A DNA stretch of 64,000 nucleotides from Felis catus (Eukaryota). Numbering within the stretch: position 1 is the stretch's first letter; each line of letters begins with the position of its first letter. Below the pieces are notes generated by a model that did no database searches, was not told the DNA's origin, and was given only the letters and a program-made list of their open reading frames with translations. The position numbers were made by a program, and so were the translations under genes. Of the stretch, positions 50,420 to 61,248 are shown in pieces. The stretch lies in contig NC_058368.1 in the NCBI RefSeq assembly GCF_018350175.1, positions 149,236,001 to 149,300,000 of the forward strand, written 5' to 3'.

Positions 50420-50771
50420 CAGCTATAGACTGAATGTGTGTGTCCCCCCCGAAAATTTGTGTTGAAACCTAATCTCCAGTGATGGTATTTTCAGGTGGGA
50501 CCTATGGGATGTGATTAGATCATAATATTGGAGCATTCTTGAATGAGGTTATTGCCCTTTTAAAAGAGGCCCCAAAGAGCTCTCTTGCCCCTTTCTGCCA
50601 TGTGAGGACACAGCAAAACAGCCATCTGTAAACAGGCCTTCACCAGACACTATCTACCAGCACCTTGATCTTGGACTTCCTAGCCAACGAAACTGTGAGA
50701 GATAAGTCTCTATTATTTATAAACCATCGGGTCTATGGTACTCTGTTATAGTAGCTTAAAAGGGACTAAGA
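50420..50771 (+). mobile_element. MaLR LTR (MLT1A-like)
   Basis: Characteristic gactgaatgt...gtcccccc...gccatgtgaggacacag...ccttgatcttggacttcc...gactaagaca sequence. Confidence 0.8.
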
Positions 50772-50849
50772 CACCTTCTAAATCTAATCCCCCCCCCCAC
50801 ATGTCCTCCAAAAAAACCTTTCTGATCATCAGAGAAAGTAAATTATAAA

Positions 50850-51390
50850 TATTTGGTTATTCAGATAGCCACAGTATGTTCCTTCTACATATTTGGTCTT
50901 CATCCACAGTTCCTGGCTCACAGCTCCCCAAACCCTTAGACTTTCCTGATAAGAGCAATGGAGCATCTTTTGTTATAATATTTGGTCTCTTGCCCTCAGT
51001 TCCAGAAAATGCTGGAGCCATATAGGTGAAATGGGTGTGTTGTTATCCATAACAAGTCCCTTTCCATCACAACTGGGTTTATGTTAAAGAAGGTGACTTT
51101 TGGAAAGCACCTAAGAATGCAATCTGGTTGCTAGGAGAAACAACTTTAAATGAGAGGGTTGGAATTTTCAGACCTATTCCCTGCTTTCCTGAGAGAGGAG
51201 AGGGCTAGAGGTTGAATCAATCACTCTAGCTAATGAGTTAATCAATCATACCTGTGTAATGAAGCCTGTATAAGAACCCAAAAAGAGAGGCTTCAGCGAG
51301 CTTCATCAGAATGCTTCCATGTACCACTGTGCTAGCCCCCAAGTTCCAAGAGGACAGAACCTCCTTTGTTCAGGACTTCACCCTATGAAG
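50850..51390 (+). mobile_element. Old LTR, MER21-like (truncated)
   Basis: tttggtctt...agttcctggctcacagctcccca...aggtgacttttggaaagcacctaag...gagggttggaattttcag resembles the recalled MER21 consensus. Confidence 0.55.
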
Positions 51391-51742
51391 GAAAGGCATA
51401 AAACAGCTAAGAAATAAATACAAAACAAAGACATAAAAAAGTAAAATTTATATACAGCAAAAAGGACAAAATCTTAGTGGCTACTTTATGAATTTAGATG
51501 AATATATACTCCTGTGTAATGCAAACTTTAAGCACAGAAAGTTCCATTTGTTGTGTCCCCTCCCTGTCAATCACTGTCCCCATTATCTCAGAAGCAACAA
51601 CTCTTCTGATTATTTTCACTATAGATTAGTCTCTTCCAGAACTCCGCAGGGTATAAAATTTTTATATGTAAAAGTTTCAGAGCATAAAGATGCTTTAAAT
51701 ATACCTGTTAAGTGACCTATTAAATAATTTAGGAAATATGAA

Positions 51743-52285
51743 TGTAATGCCCCTGATTTCGAATCCGAGAGACCACCAAGGAGCCAATACAGATGCAAAC
51801 GCACGAGAGTTTATTTGCAAGCTGGAGCTTGGGTCCAAGTATACCCGACACAGCAGAACAGGGACTTGGACCCCTAGGTTAAAAGGCATAGCAGTTTTAT
51901 AGGGGCCAGTGGCCAATGAGATTGTAACACACACAGAAAGTTCCACATTCATGTCAGTCCACACGTAGGTGGCCAATTGAATTACAATTTACCCTATAGT
52001 AACTGTTTGAACTAGCCTATCACTCTGGTCAGAATTGGCGCACAAGTTTGGCGGGCAAAAGACAGGGTTTACATTCTTTGGCGGTTAGGGGTTCCGCATT
52101 CCTATATGAGCCTGTTTCCAGTAAGGGTGTGCTCAGAGGCTTGACTAGGGTGGGGGAGTGTCTTAAGCAATAAGTAGGTCATGTGGGGGTTATACCTGAG
52201 ATGGTGGGTGTAGCACAAAATGGAGTTAGTCTTGCTCTGCTTGTCCAGGGGTAGGGGATTTTTGTTAAATTCCTTGGATCCCACA
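51743..52285 (-). mobile_element. ERV solo LTR (gammaretrovirus/ERV1-like), 543 bp
   Basis: TG...CA termini with a perfect 4-bp TSD TGAA (51739-51742 / 52286-52289). Minus-strand TATAAAA at 51895-51901 and AATAAA at 51810-51815, with CCAAT boxes upstream. Confidence 0.9.
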
Positions 52286-53715
52286 TGAATATTATTACAA
52301 GTTCTAGAATTTTCAAAGCATTTCCCAGAGAAAAATCTGGCCTAAGAAGTTACAGATGACATAACACAACTGAAGAAGAAATATAGAATATGGAGTAAGA
52401 GAATATATGGAGTAAAAGAATGAGCAGCATCAGGTCAGTTAAATCAGAAATTTTTTTCTCAGAAGTATTGTAAGTAGCATGTACAGGAAAGATCAAAGGA
52501 TTGACAAAGAGAGATTAAAAGAATGAACTATCCTTAAAGGCAACTGCTCCATATTTACATTTTTGTGTCCCTAGGACATAGCACAGTCTCTGGTAAACAT
52601 TAGGTACTCAGTTAATGTTTGTGGAAGTGAATTAAACTGAAAAACGTTCCAAGTATACAGAAAAATATGAACATAGTTGAAGATATGAAAATAAGTAAGA
52701 CTTCTTCTGCAAGTGTGAAGAGCCCCTCGCCTAACTGAGTACCCTAAGATGAGACTAGACAGATACTTGTGGTAGAGGAAAGGTCATGGTCAGGCAGGAT
52801 AGGTGGGGAGGGTTGATGTGACAACTGAAAGTCTAGGATTGATGGTGGGCCGCAATACTTTACAATTCTGAACCTGCAGGTGACAAGACTAATATTAATT
52901 TGTAACTACCTTCCTGACAGACTAGTAAGAAAAGAAATGGGGAAAGAAGAATAACCAGGAAGCAGTAATGTGAGAATAGGAATATGAGAGTCAGTCAGAG
53001 TTAGAACATTAAAAATGGAAGGACAGAATATTCACTATAAGAGATACTTGGAAATGAAATGCAGGAAAATAATGTTTCTTGTTGCCCCCTAATTTTCTTG
53101 TTTCCATAATAGATTTGTACTATATATGCACTTTATTAGATTATTTAGCAATTCTATTATATTGCACAAAATACAAAAACTGGATCTTTACATTGTGGCT
53201 CGAAAAAGAATGAAAATAGAAAATTCTTCACGAGGCCAGCCAATGTGAAAAGTATTTTGGCTTCTCTATCTCTACAGTTAATTTAATTCTGGTTTTAAGA
53301 TCTTAAGACCTCTACATTCTAAGACCCGTGGTAAAGTCTTTTGATGTCTTGAATACTTAGCACTTTCTCTGGCATTATAAAATAACTTTATAGTGCAGTT
53401 AATCAAGTGACAGTAAGAGGTAGTACTCTACAGAGAGCTCATTTTAATATTTAATAAGATGAATGTGAACTCTAAAGTTGAAGGCAGTGCTATTTGCATA
53501 TGTACATAGAATCTCGTTACTCCATCAAGCAGAACTCTACGTGCCCTGCCCAAAGAGTTGCTTGACAAAGACATATATTTTGCTCAATATCTATTTAATT
53601 CCTACATTTTAAGTCACTGTAGTGGTCTTTGAGAGAAACATAGCAAGAAGTAAGATGGTATTTCCCATCTTTCAGGAGTGCAGAAACCCAGAGATAAAGA
53701 TGATAGATGCTTATA

Positions 53716-53930
53716 GGGGTGCCTGGGTGGCTCAGTCAATTAAATGTCTGACTTCAGCTAAGGTTGTGATCTTGTGGTTCACGAGTTTAAGCCCCACGTC
53801 AGACTGCGTGCTGACAGCTCAGAGCCTGGAGACCCCTGGGATTCTGTGTCTCCCTTTCTCTCTGCTCTTTGCCTGCTTGCACTCTGTCTCCCTCTCACAC
53901 TCAAAAATAAATAAACCTTAAAAAAATTAA
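53716..53930 (+). mobile_element. CAN-SINE
   Basis: Head ggggtgcctgggtggctcag, A-tail and TSD gatagatgctta. Confidence 0.92.
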
Positions 53931-54435
53931 AAAAGATAGATGCTTACATAGTTTAATTGAGTACAATTAGGATAGGATATGTGTAGGACCAGAGGTTCAA
54001 AAGGGCTATGAGAGAATGGGAAAGCTGAATACCTGGTGTATCTGAGACAATTTTGTGGAGTTTGAGTCTTGAAGGGTGAGCAGAATTTGAGGTCATAGAT
54101 ATGTGGGGAAGAGGATGGGTCACACAAAGCATATATTTACATACGTATTATAGATAAAACACATATACACACATACATTTATATAGAGACATACATTTGC
54201 AAATTGCACAGAAACATTTATTTATAGGAAATTCCTTAAGCATTTCTCTTTAATGCTCCTGGTAAACATTTCATTTATTTTACAAGTGGTCTAAAGCACT
54301 GCAGAGGGATGATATTACTTAAGTATGAAAAACAAATCTGAAAATCTGGAGCACTGAGCTACTAAGCTCTGGTTGCTATGACAACCTCTTTTGTAAAGTT
54401 TGTAAGTAATCATGATAGACTCCAAAATATCACAT

Positions 54436-55236
54436 TGTTAAGAATATTCTTCACTAAGACAAAACTTCGGACCTCAACACCCTGGAGTCAAATTGAGGAC
54501 AAAGCATAAGGCAAGCTGAGGGCAAAGTACAGGCTAATAGCACCCGCCCCACCCCCCAGGTAGAATATGTGTGATATTCCTTGGATACTCCTGCCTACCC
54601 AAAAACCAAGGAAAGGGGTTTAAGTGCTTGCCATGGTGGTATGGAAAACAAAGGCAAATGAAAAACTAAATTCCCTTACTGCCTATAGCCCATTGACAAG
54701 TCCTTGAAACAGACAGAGTGACCTCCCTCTAGGAGCTCAGCTGCCTCGATGTTGACACTTTGCTAGGGGCAAAAGGGAACCTTGGCTTAACATTATCCTG
54801 ACCACCCCCTCCCCAATCCTGTAAATCTACATTAACATATAAAAATTCCTTTTGGAAACTTCCTTTATCTCAACTCCCCCAGGATATATGCTGGTAATCA
54901 TACCCCAAGTTTATGGCCCCCTTATATACATCTGAAGGGTCTCATGACTGAGTTTTTACTAAACAGTAATAAATGCCATTTTCCCAACAAAAGCTAGCCC
55001 CTCAAAAGTCCTGGAAACCTTGCTTCCAAAATTCTTTAGGGACTTATGCTCTCCCTAATCCCCTCCCAACCTGGGGGCATATAATCAGTTACCTGTCACA
55101 ACCCCAGTGTATTTCTTTCTGCCTATGGGTTCTGTCTCCATGCTTTAATAAAATCACCTTTTTGCACCAAAGATGTCTTCAAGAATTCTTTTTTGGCCAT
55201 CGGCTCCAAACCCCTCATTACCCCAAAACCCCATCA
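54436..55236 (+). mobile_element. ERV1-type solo LTR (about 800 bp)
   Basis: TGTTA...CATCA termini with near-TSD ACAT/AAAT. TATA-like CATATAA at about 55078 and AATAAA at about 55147. Confidence 0.75.
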
Positions 55237-56262
55237 AAATCAATCATCAATTTGAAAACGTGAAAAACTTCCCAAGCAGCAAACCAAAATAACATGTTAA
55301 GAGAATTTAAAAAGGCTAAAATTCAGCTGTTAAAATGTACCCTATGAGTCACAAAAATGACTGTTAAAAGGATGGAAGCAAGAGTTGGCAGATTTAGAAA
55401 CAATTTTTGGCAACATTTGTTCAAGGTTTCATTTAATTTCTATGTTCATAGAACTCAATATATATCCATTTAAATGTATCTTTGAGTTGCTCTCAAGGAT
55501 AATTTAGACAGTTACTTCAGACTTTTAGCCTATACACACACATATATAACAATCATTTCAAGAGAGTGAGTAAGAAAATTAATCAATTTTTTATCTCATC
55601 AGTATATTGAGAGTTTCCTAGAGAAGAGAGACTATGTCCTGAAACCTACTGAAAGATTGTAATTACACTTAGTATATGGTAGAGACAATTAGGGGGCCGT
55701 TTCAGACTGTGTTTCATGAGGGGTCTACATCGACATGATGACTGTCTGGGTTCAGAGACTAGACATTAGGTTTAAACATTCAATTTTGTCTCTTTATTTG
55801 TGTGAATCAGAGAATCACAGAAGTCTGAGTTATAAATGAGAATGACAAAATATTGGCCTATGCATAATAATCTACACAGACCTTCTCAAGAGGGAAATTT
55901 ATTGGAGAGATTAACTTAATGTAAAAAGTGTGCTTTGCTTGTTATAATCTGAGAAAATCAAATTTAAAAACATGGAAGAGTTTGACACCACACTATAAAG
56001 TGCAGTACCCCTGGTTTTGATATTCAAAATCAACTGTTTGTTGAGGAATAGGTGCTTCACACATTATATGATGTATGTTTCACCACAGAGCAATGAGGTA
56101 TTGATAGTCCTTTTTTTTTTTTTTTTTTTCCTGCTCATCATGCAGTTAACTAAGCTGGTACTGTGTTAACTGCAGTGGAAACATTAATTAGATCTCAGGA
56201 TATTTTTGTCACCTCTTAGTGTTATTGTTGATCTTCCTTCACTTGATTTTAAAACTGATTAT

Positions 56263-56266
<4 letters not shown>

Positions 56267-56301
<35 letters not shown>
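56267..56301. repeat. (TG)n microsatellite
   Basis: Direct inspection. Confidence 0.95.
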
Positions 56302-56302
<1 letters not shown>

Positions 56303-56649
56303 TATTTACTGTTTCCACAGAAGCTTAATCTTTTCAGGATGTTCTATTAGCCTAGTCGTAGGATTAGCTAAGCTACATCTAATAACACTATGAATGTGTC
56401 AGTGGCATAGGGCTCTAGGCCTCAAAGCAAGCAAATATATTAATGAATAAAAAATGTATAGCTCATTGTAATCTTTTTAAAACTGTTATTACTTGGTGGT
56501 TTTTTTTAATGTTTATTTCTTATCCAGTTGAGAATATGGGGATAACTGATGGCATTTTATAAACAGAAAAGTTTAGAAATATCTCGGCAAGAATATAGAA
56601 GGACTATCAAACCATTTAATCTTCAAAACAACACTTATTGGCATAGACA

Positions 56650-57350
56650 CTTATTCATTCATTCATTTAACAAATACTCATTGAGCACCTACCAGCTTCA
56701 GCACACTGTTCTAGGAGCTTCATATACATCAGTGAACAAAGCAGCAAAATCCCTCCTTTGTTAAGTTTACATCCTAAAGGGGGAAGAAAGATGCTAAGCA
56801 ATAAGCATAATAAGCAAATGATATAGTATGTTAGAAGGTGGAGTGACATTGGAAAAATTAAAGTGAGAAAGAGTGATAGTGAGTAGAGCAGGGAGGGGTA
56901 AGTGGTAATTTTAAAATGGTCAAAGAAAGCCTCACTGATGAGTTAATATTTAAGCAAAAACATGAGGTATCTGGGGGAAGAGTATTCTTAAGGCAGGTGC
57001 CTGTTGGATTCACAGAATAGCAAAAAAAGTCAGAGTGGCAGGAGCATAGCAGTGAGAGAGCCTAGTTAGAGGTCACTGCGGAGCAGAGCAGGTCAGATCT
57101 TGTAAGCCTTTGTAAAAACCTTGGCTTTTACTCTGAATGAGAAGGGGAGTCACTGGAATGTTTAGAGGAGCAGAATGATACAATCTGACCTAAATTTTCA
57201 AAGGTTCACGGTGGCTTCTGCATTAAGGACAGAAAGAGTGAGATTGGAAGCAGGAGACAAAGGAGAAGCATATTACAATAACCAGATAAGGTATAATGAG
57301 GATTTGGAGCAACAAGGATATATTTGAAGGTAGAGCCCGTGGACTTTAAC
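56650..57350 (-). mobile_element. L2 LINE 3' remnant
   Basis: attcattcattcatttaacaaatactcattgagcacctac...ttggcttttactctgaatgagaaggggagtcactgga signature. Confidence 0.75.
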
Positions 57351-58489
57351 AAAGATTTCCTAGCAAGTTAATGGTTAAAGAGTGAGAGAAGATTTTTTTA
57401 CATATTAAAAAACTGTGGCTAAGAGAGAATGCAAGTGTGTCCAAGGACATGTACCTATAAAGTGACAGACCAACGGACATTTAAATTCATGTCTAGTTCA
57501 TGCCACAGAAACTCTAAGTCACTAAACAGGGTTGGGGAGGAGTGGAAGAATGCTGTGGAAGCACTTATTTTCCCCTCCAAAATAAGTGTTTCTTTTGTAA
57601 TTAATTTTTTGTGTCCCTATACCCTCCAACTCTTACTCATCTCTCTGTTTTTGTCTTCTAAATTATTTAAGTTTGTCTTTAATTCAGTTTTCAACATGTC
57701 ATGTAGCATTTGGATCCTTATCAAGGCTAAAATAAATTCTCTAATTTTGAGCCAAAACTACTCAATAACATAATTATGAGAAAAAAATAAGTTAAACCAT
57801 TGAAAGAGGCTCTGTCAAAAGAATTACAAGGAAAAAAGTTTCACACTTACTTTCGATGTTTGATATGAAAATTATGTGCTTATCATCTATAAACATATTT
57901 TTACATGTCAATTAAATTCACAATGCCTATAAACACTTTAATTATACGGTATTAAGAGCTAGAGAATTATAACTAGGAATGCTTCAGATATTGACTCCTA
58001 GATGTCAAACTAAATTACAGGTGAATTACAACTAAAAACAAATACCATGTGAACGCCATAGTCATATGAACAACTAATGTAACAAATACAGTCATGATTT
58101 ATTTACCTCTATTTTTTACTGGGGTAAAATTGGTATATAACATTATATTAATTTCAGTTATATGATATAATAATTTGATATTTGTATACATATTTGATAT
58201 TTGTGATCACCACAGTAAGTCTAGTTACCATCCATCACCATACAATTTACCTCTTCACCCTTTCTTTCACCCCCCAATTTCTTTCCCCTCTGATAACCAA
58301 ACCAATCTGTTCTCTGTCTCTATAAATTTTGTTTTCTTTGTTTGCTATTTTTATTAGATTCCATTGAAAAGTGAAATCATACAGTATTTGCCTTTCTCTG
58401 ACTTAATTCACTTAGCATAATACTCTCAAGGTCCAACCATGTTGTCACAAATGGCAAAGTTTTCTTCTTTTACATGGCTAAATATTATT

Positions 58490-58491
<2 letters not shown>

Positions 58492-58535
<44 letters not shown>

Positions 58536-58545
58536 GGTGTGTGTG
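58492..58545. repeat. (TG)n microsatellite inside the old L1
   Basis: Direct inspection. Confidence 0.93.
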
Positions 58546-60016
58546 ATATCTTCTTTATCCACTCATCCATTGATGGACACTTAGGTTCTTTCAGAATCTT
58601 GGCTATTGTAAATAGTGCTGCGATTAACATAGGGGTGCATATATCTTTTCAAGTTAGTGTTCTCGTTTCATTCTGGTAAATACTGAAAAGTAACAAAGTT
58701 GAATCATATGATACTTTTACTTTTAATTTTTTTAAGAACTTTCATGCTGTTTATCATGGTAGCTGCAGCAATTTACATTAACCAACAGTGTACAAGGATT
58801 TCCTTTGCTCCACTTCCTTTCTAATACTTGTGATTTCTTGTCTTTTTGATAATAACCATTCTAACTAATGTGAGGTAATATCTCATTGTGGTTTTGATTT
58901 GCCTTTCTCTACATGTGCTTGTTGACCATCTGTATATCTTTGGGAAAAAAAAAAATGTCTGTTTAGATCCTCTACCCATTTTTAAATCAGATTGCTTGTT
59001 TGCTTACTGCTATTAAGTTGCTTGAATTCTTTATGTGTTTTGGGTATTAGCCTTTTATCAGGTAGATGATTTGGAAATCTTTTCTCTTATTCAGTAGGTT
59101 GCCTTTTTATTTTGTTGATGGTTTCCTTTGCTCTTTCTGCTGCTTTTTAGTTTCACGTATTCCCACTTGTTTATTTTTGCTTTTGTTGCCTCCACTTAGA
59201 CTCAAATCCAAAAATTAAAAGGCTATGTCCAGGAGCTTACTACCAAAGTTTTCTTCTAGGAGTATAATGGTTTCAGTTCTTATAGTCATGCCTTTAATTC
59301 ATTTTGTGTTGATTCTTGTGTATGGTATAAGATCATGGCTTAGTTTCATTTTTTTTATATGGTTGTCCAGTTTTCTTAGAACCATTTGAAAAGACTGTCC
59401 TTTCCCCATTGCATAGTTTTGGCTCCTTTGTTGTAAATTAATTGGCCATATACGTATTTTTTTCTCCCCCTGTGTTCTTTATTCTGTTCCACTGTTCTGT
59501 GTGTCTGCTGTAATGCAATGTAATACTATTTTGATTAGTATAGCTTTGTATGATAGTTTGAAATCAGGGAGCATGATATCTCCAACTTTGTTCTTCTTTC
59601 TCAGGATTGCATTAACTATTTCATGTCTTTTGCAGTTCCATAAAAATTTTAGAATTATTTGATCTAGTTCTGTAAAAAATGCCATGGAATTTTGACAGGG
59701 ATTGCATTTAATCCATAGATTGATTTGGGTAGTATGGACATTTTAAGTATGGTAATTCTTCCAGTGTATAAATATAGAATATCTTTCCATTTATTTTGTG
59801 TCTTCTTCAATTTTTAATCAATGGTAGAGTGTTCATTTTAGGTCTTTCACCTCCTTGGTTAAATTTGTTCCTAGGCATTTTATTGGATGCAATCGTAAAT
59901 AGGATTGTTTTCATAATTTCTTTCTGATAGTTTACTATTAGTGGATCAGTAGACAACAGATTTCTGTATATTGGTTTTGAATCCTGCAACTTTACTGAAT
60001 TTATTTATTAGTTCTA

Positions 60017-60020
<4 letters not shown>

Positions 60021-60086
<66 letters not shown>
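60021..60086. repeat. (AC)n(AT)n compound microsatellite
   Basis: Direct inspection. Confidence 0.95.
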
Positions 60087-61035
60087 TGTTTGAAGTCTTT
60101 AGGGCTTTCTATATATAGTATCATGCCATTTGCAAATAGTGACACTTTTACTTCTTCCTTTCCAATTTGGATGCGTTTTATTTCCTTTTCTTACCTTATT
60201 GCTCTGGCTTCTAACAGTATGGTGAATCAAAATGGTAAAAGTAGTCATCCTTCTTTTGCTCTTGATCTTAAAGGAAAAGCTTTCAGCATTCCACTCTTGA
60301 GTATGATGTTACCCAAGAGTTTCTCAGTATGGCCTTATTATGCTGAGGCAAGTTTCCTCTATAGTATTTTGTTTGAGAGTTTTATTATAAATGGATGTTG
60401 AATTTTGTTAAATGCCTTTTCTGCATCTACTAAGATAATATGATTTTTATCTTTCAGTTTGTTAATGTGGTATATCACAATGATTTATCTGCAAATGTTG
60501 AAGTATATTTGCATCCCTGGAATAAACTCTGCTTGATCATGGTGTATAATCCTTTCAGTGTATTATTGAATTTGGTTTGCTTGTATTTTGTTGACTTTTT
60601 GCATCTATGTTGTATGAATATAGGCGTGTGTGTGTGTGTGTGTGTGTGTAGTGTCCTTGTTTGGTTTAATATCAGGGTTATGTTGGCCCCATAAAATGAA
60701 GTTAGCAGAATTCTCTCCTCTTCAGTGTTTTGGGAGAGTTAGAAAAGGATAGGTATTAAATCTTTGAAATATTTGATAGAATTCATCAGTGAATCTATCT
60801 GGTCCTAGACTTTTGATTCTTGGGAGGTTTTTGAATACTGATTCAATGTCCTTAGTAGTAATCTGTATATTCAGATTGTTTATTTCTTAATGATTCAGTC
60901 TTGGAAAAATAGTATGTTTCTAGGAATTTCTTCTATGTTTTTTCATTTGTTAGTATATAATTGTTCACAGTAGTCTCATGATCCTTTGTATTTTTGTCAT
61001 ATCATTTGTGACTTACTCATTTTCATTTCTGATTT

Positions 61036-61248
61036 CATTTTTTAATGTTTATTTATTTTTGAAGGTCAAAGAGAGAGGGAGAAAGAGGGAGAGAGAAGCA
61101 AAGAGAGAGGGAGAGAGAGAATCTCAAGCAGGCTCCACACTGTCAGCACAGAGCTGGATGAGGGACTTGATCTCACAAACCATGAGATCATGACCTAAGC
61201 TAAAATCAAGAGTCAGATGTTTAACCGACTCAGCCATCCAGGCACCCC
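61036..61248 (-). mobile_element. CAN-SINE inserted in the old L1
   Basis: TSD tcatttctgattt (61023-61035 / 61249-61261). Confidence 0.92.

Noticed and set aside
49877..55236. A full provirus bounded by two LTRs
   Set aside because: The LTRs are in opposite orientation, differ in length and have separate TSDs. No gag/pol/env, PBS or PPT is seen.
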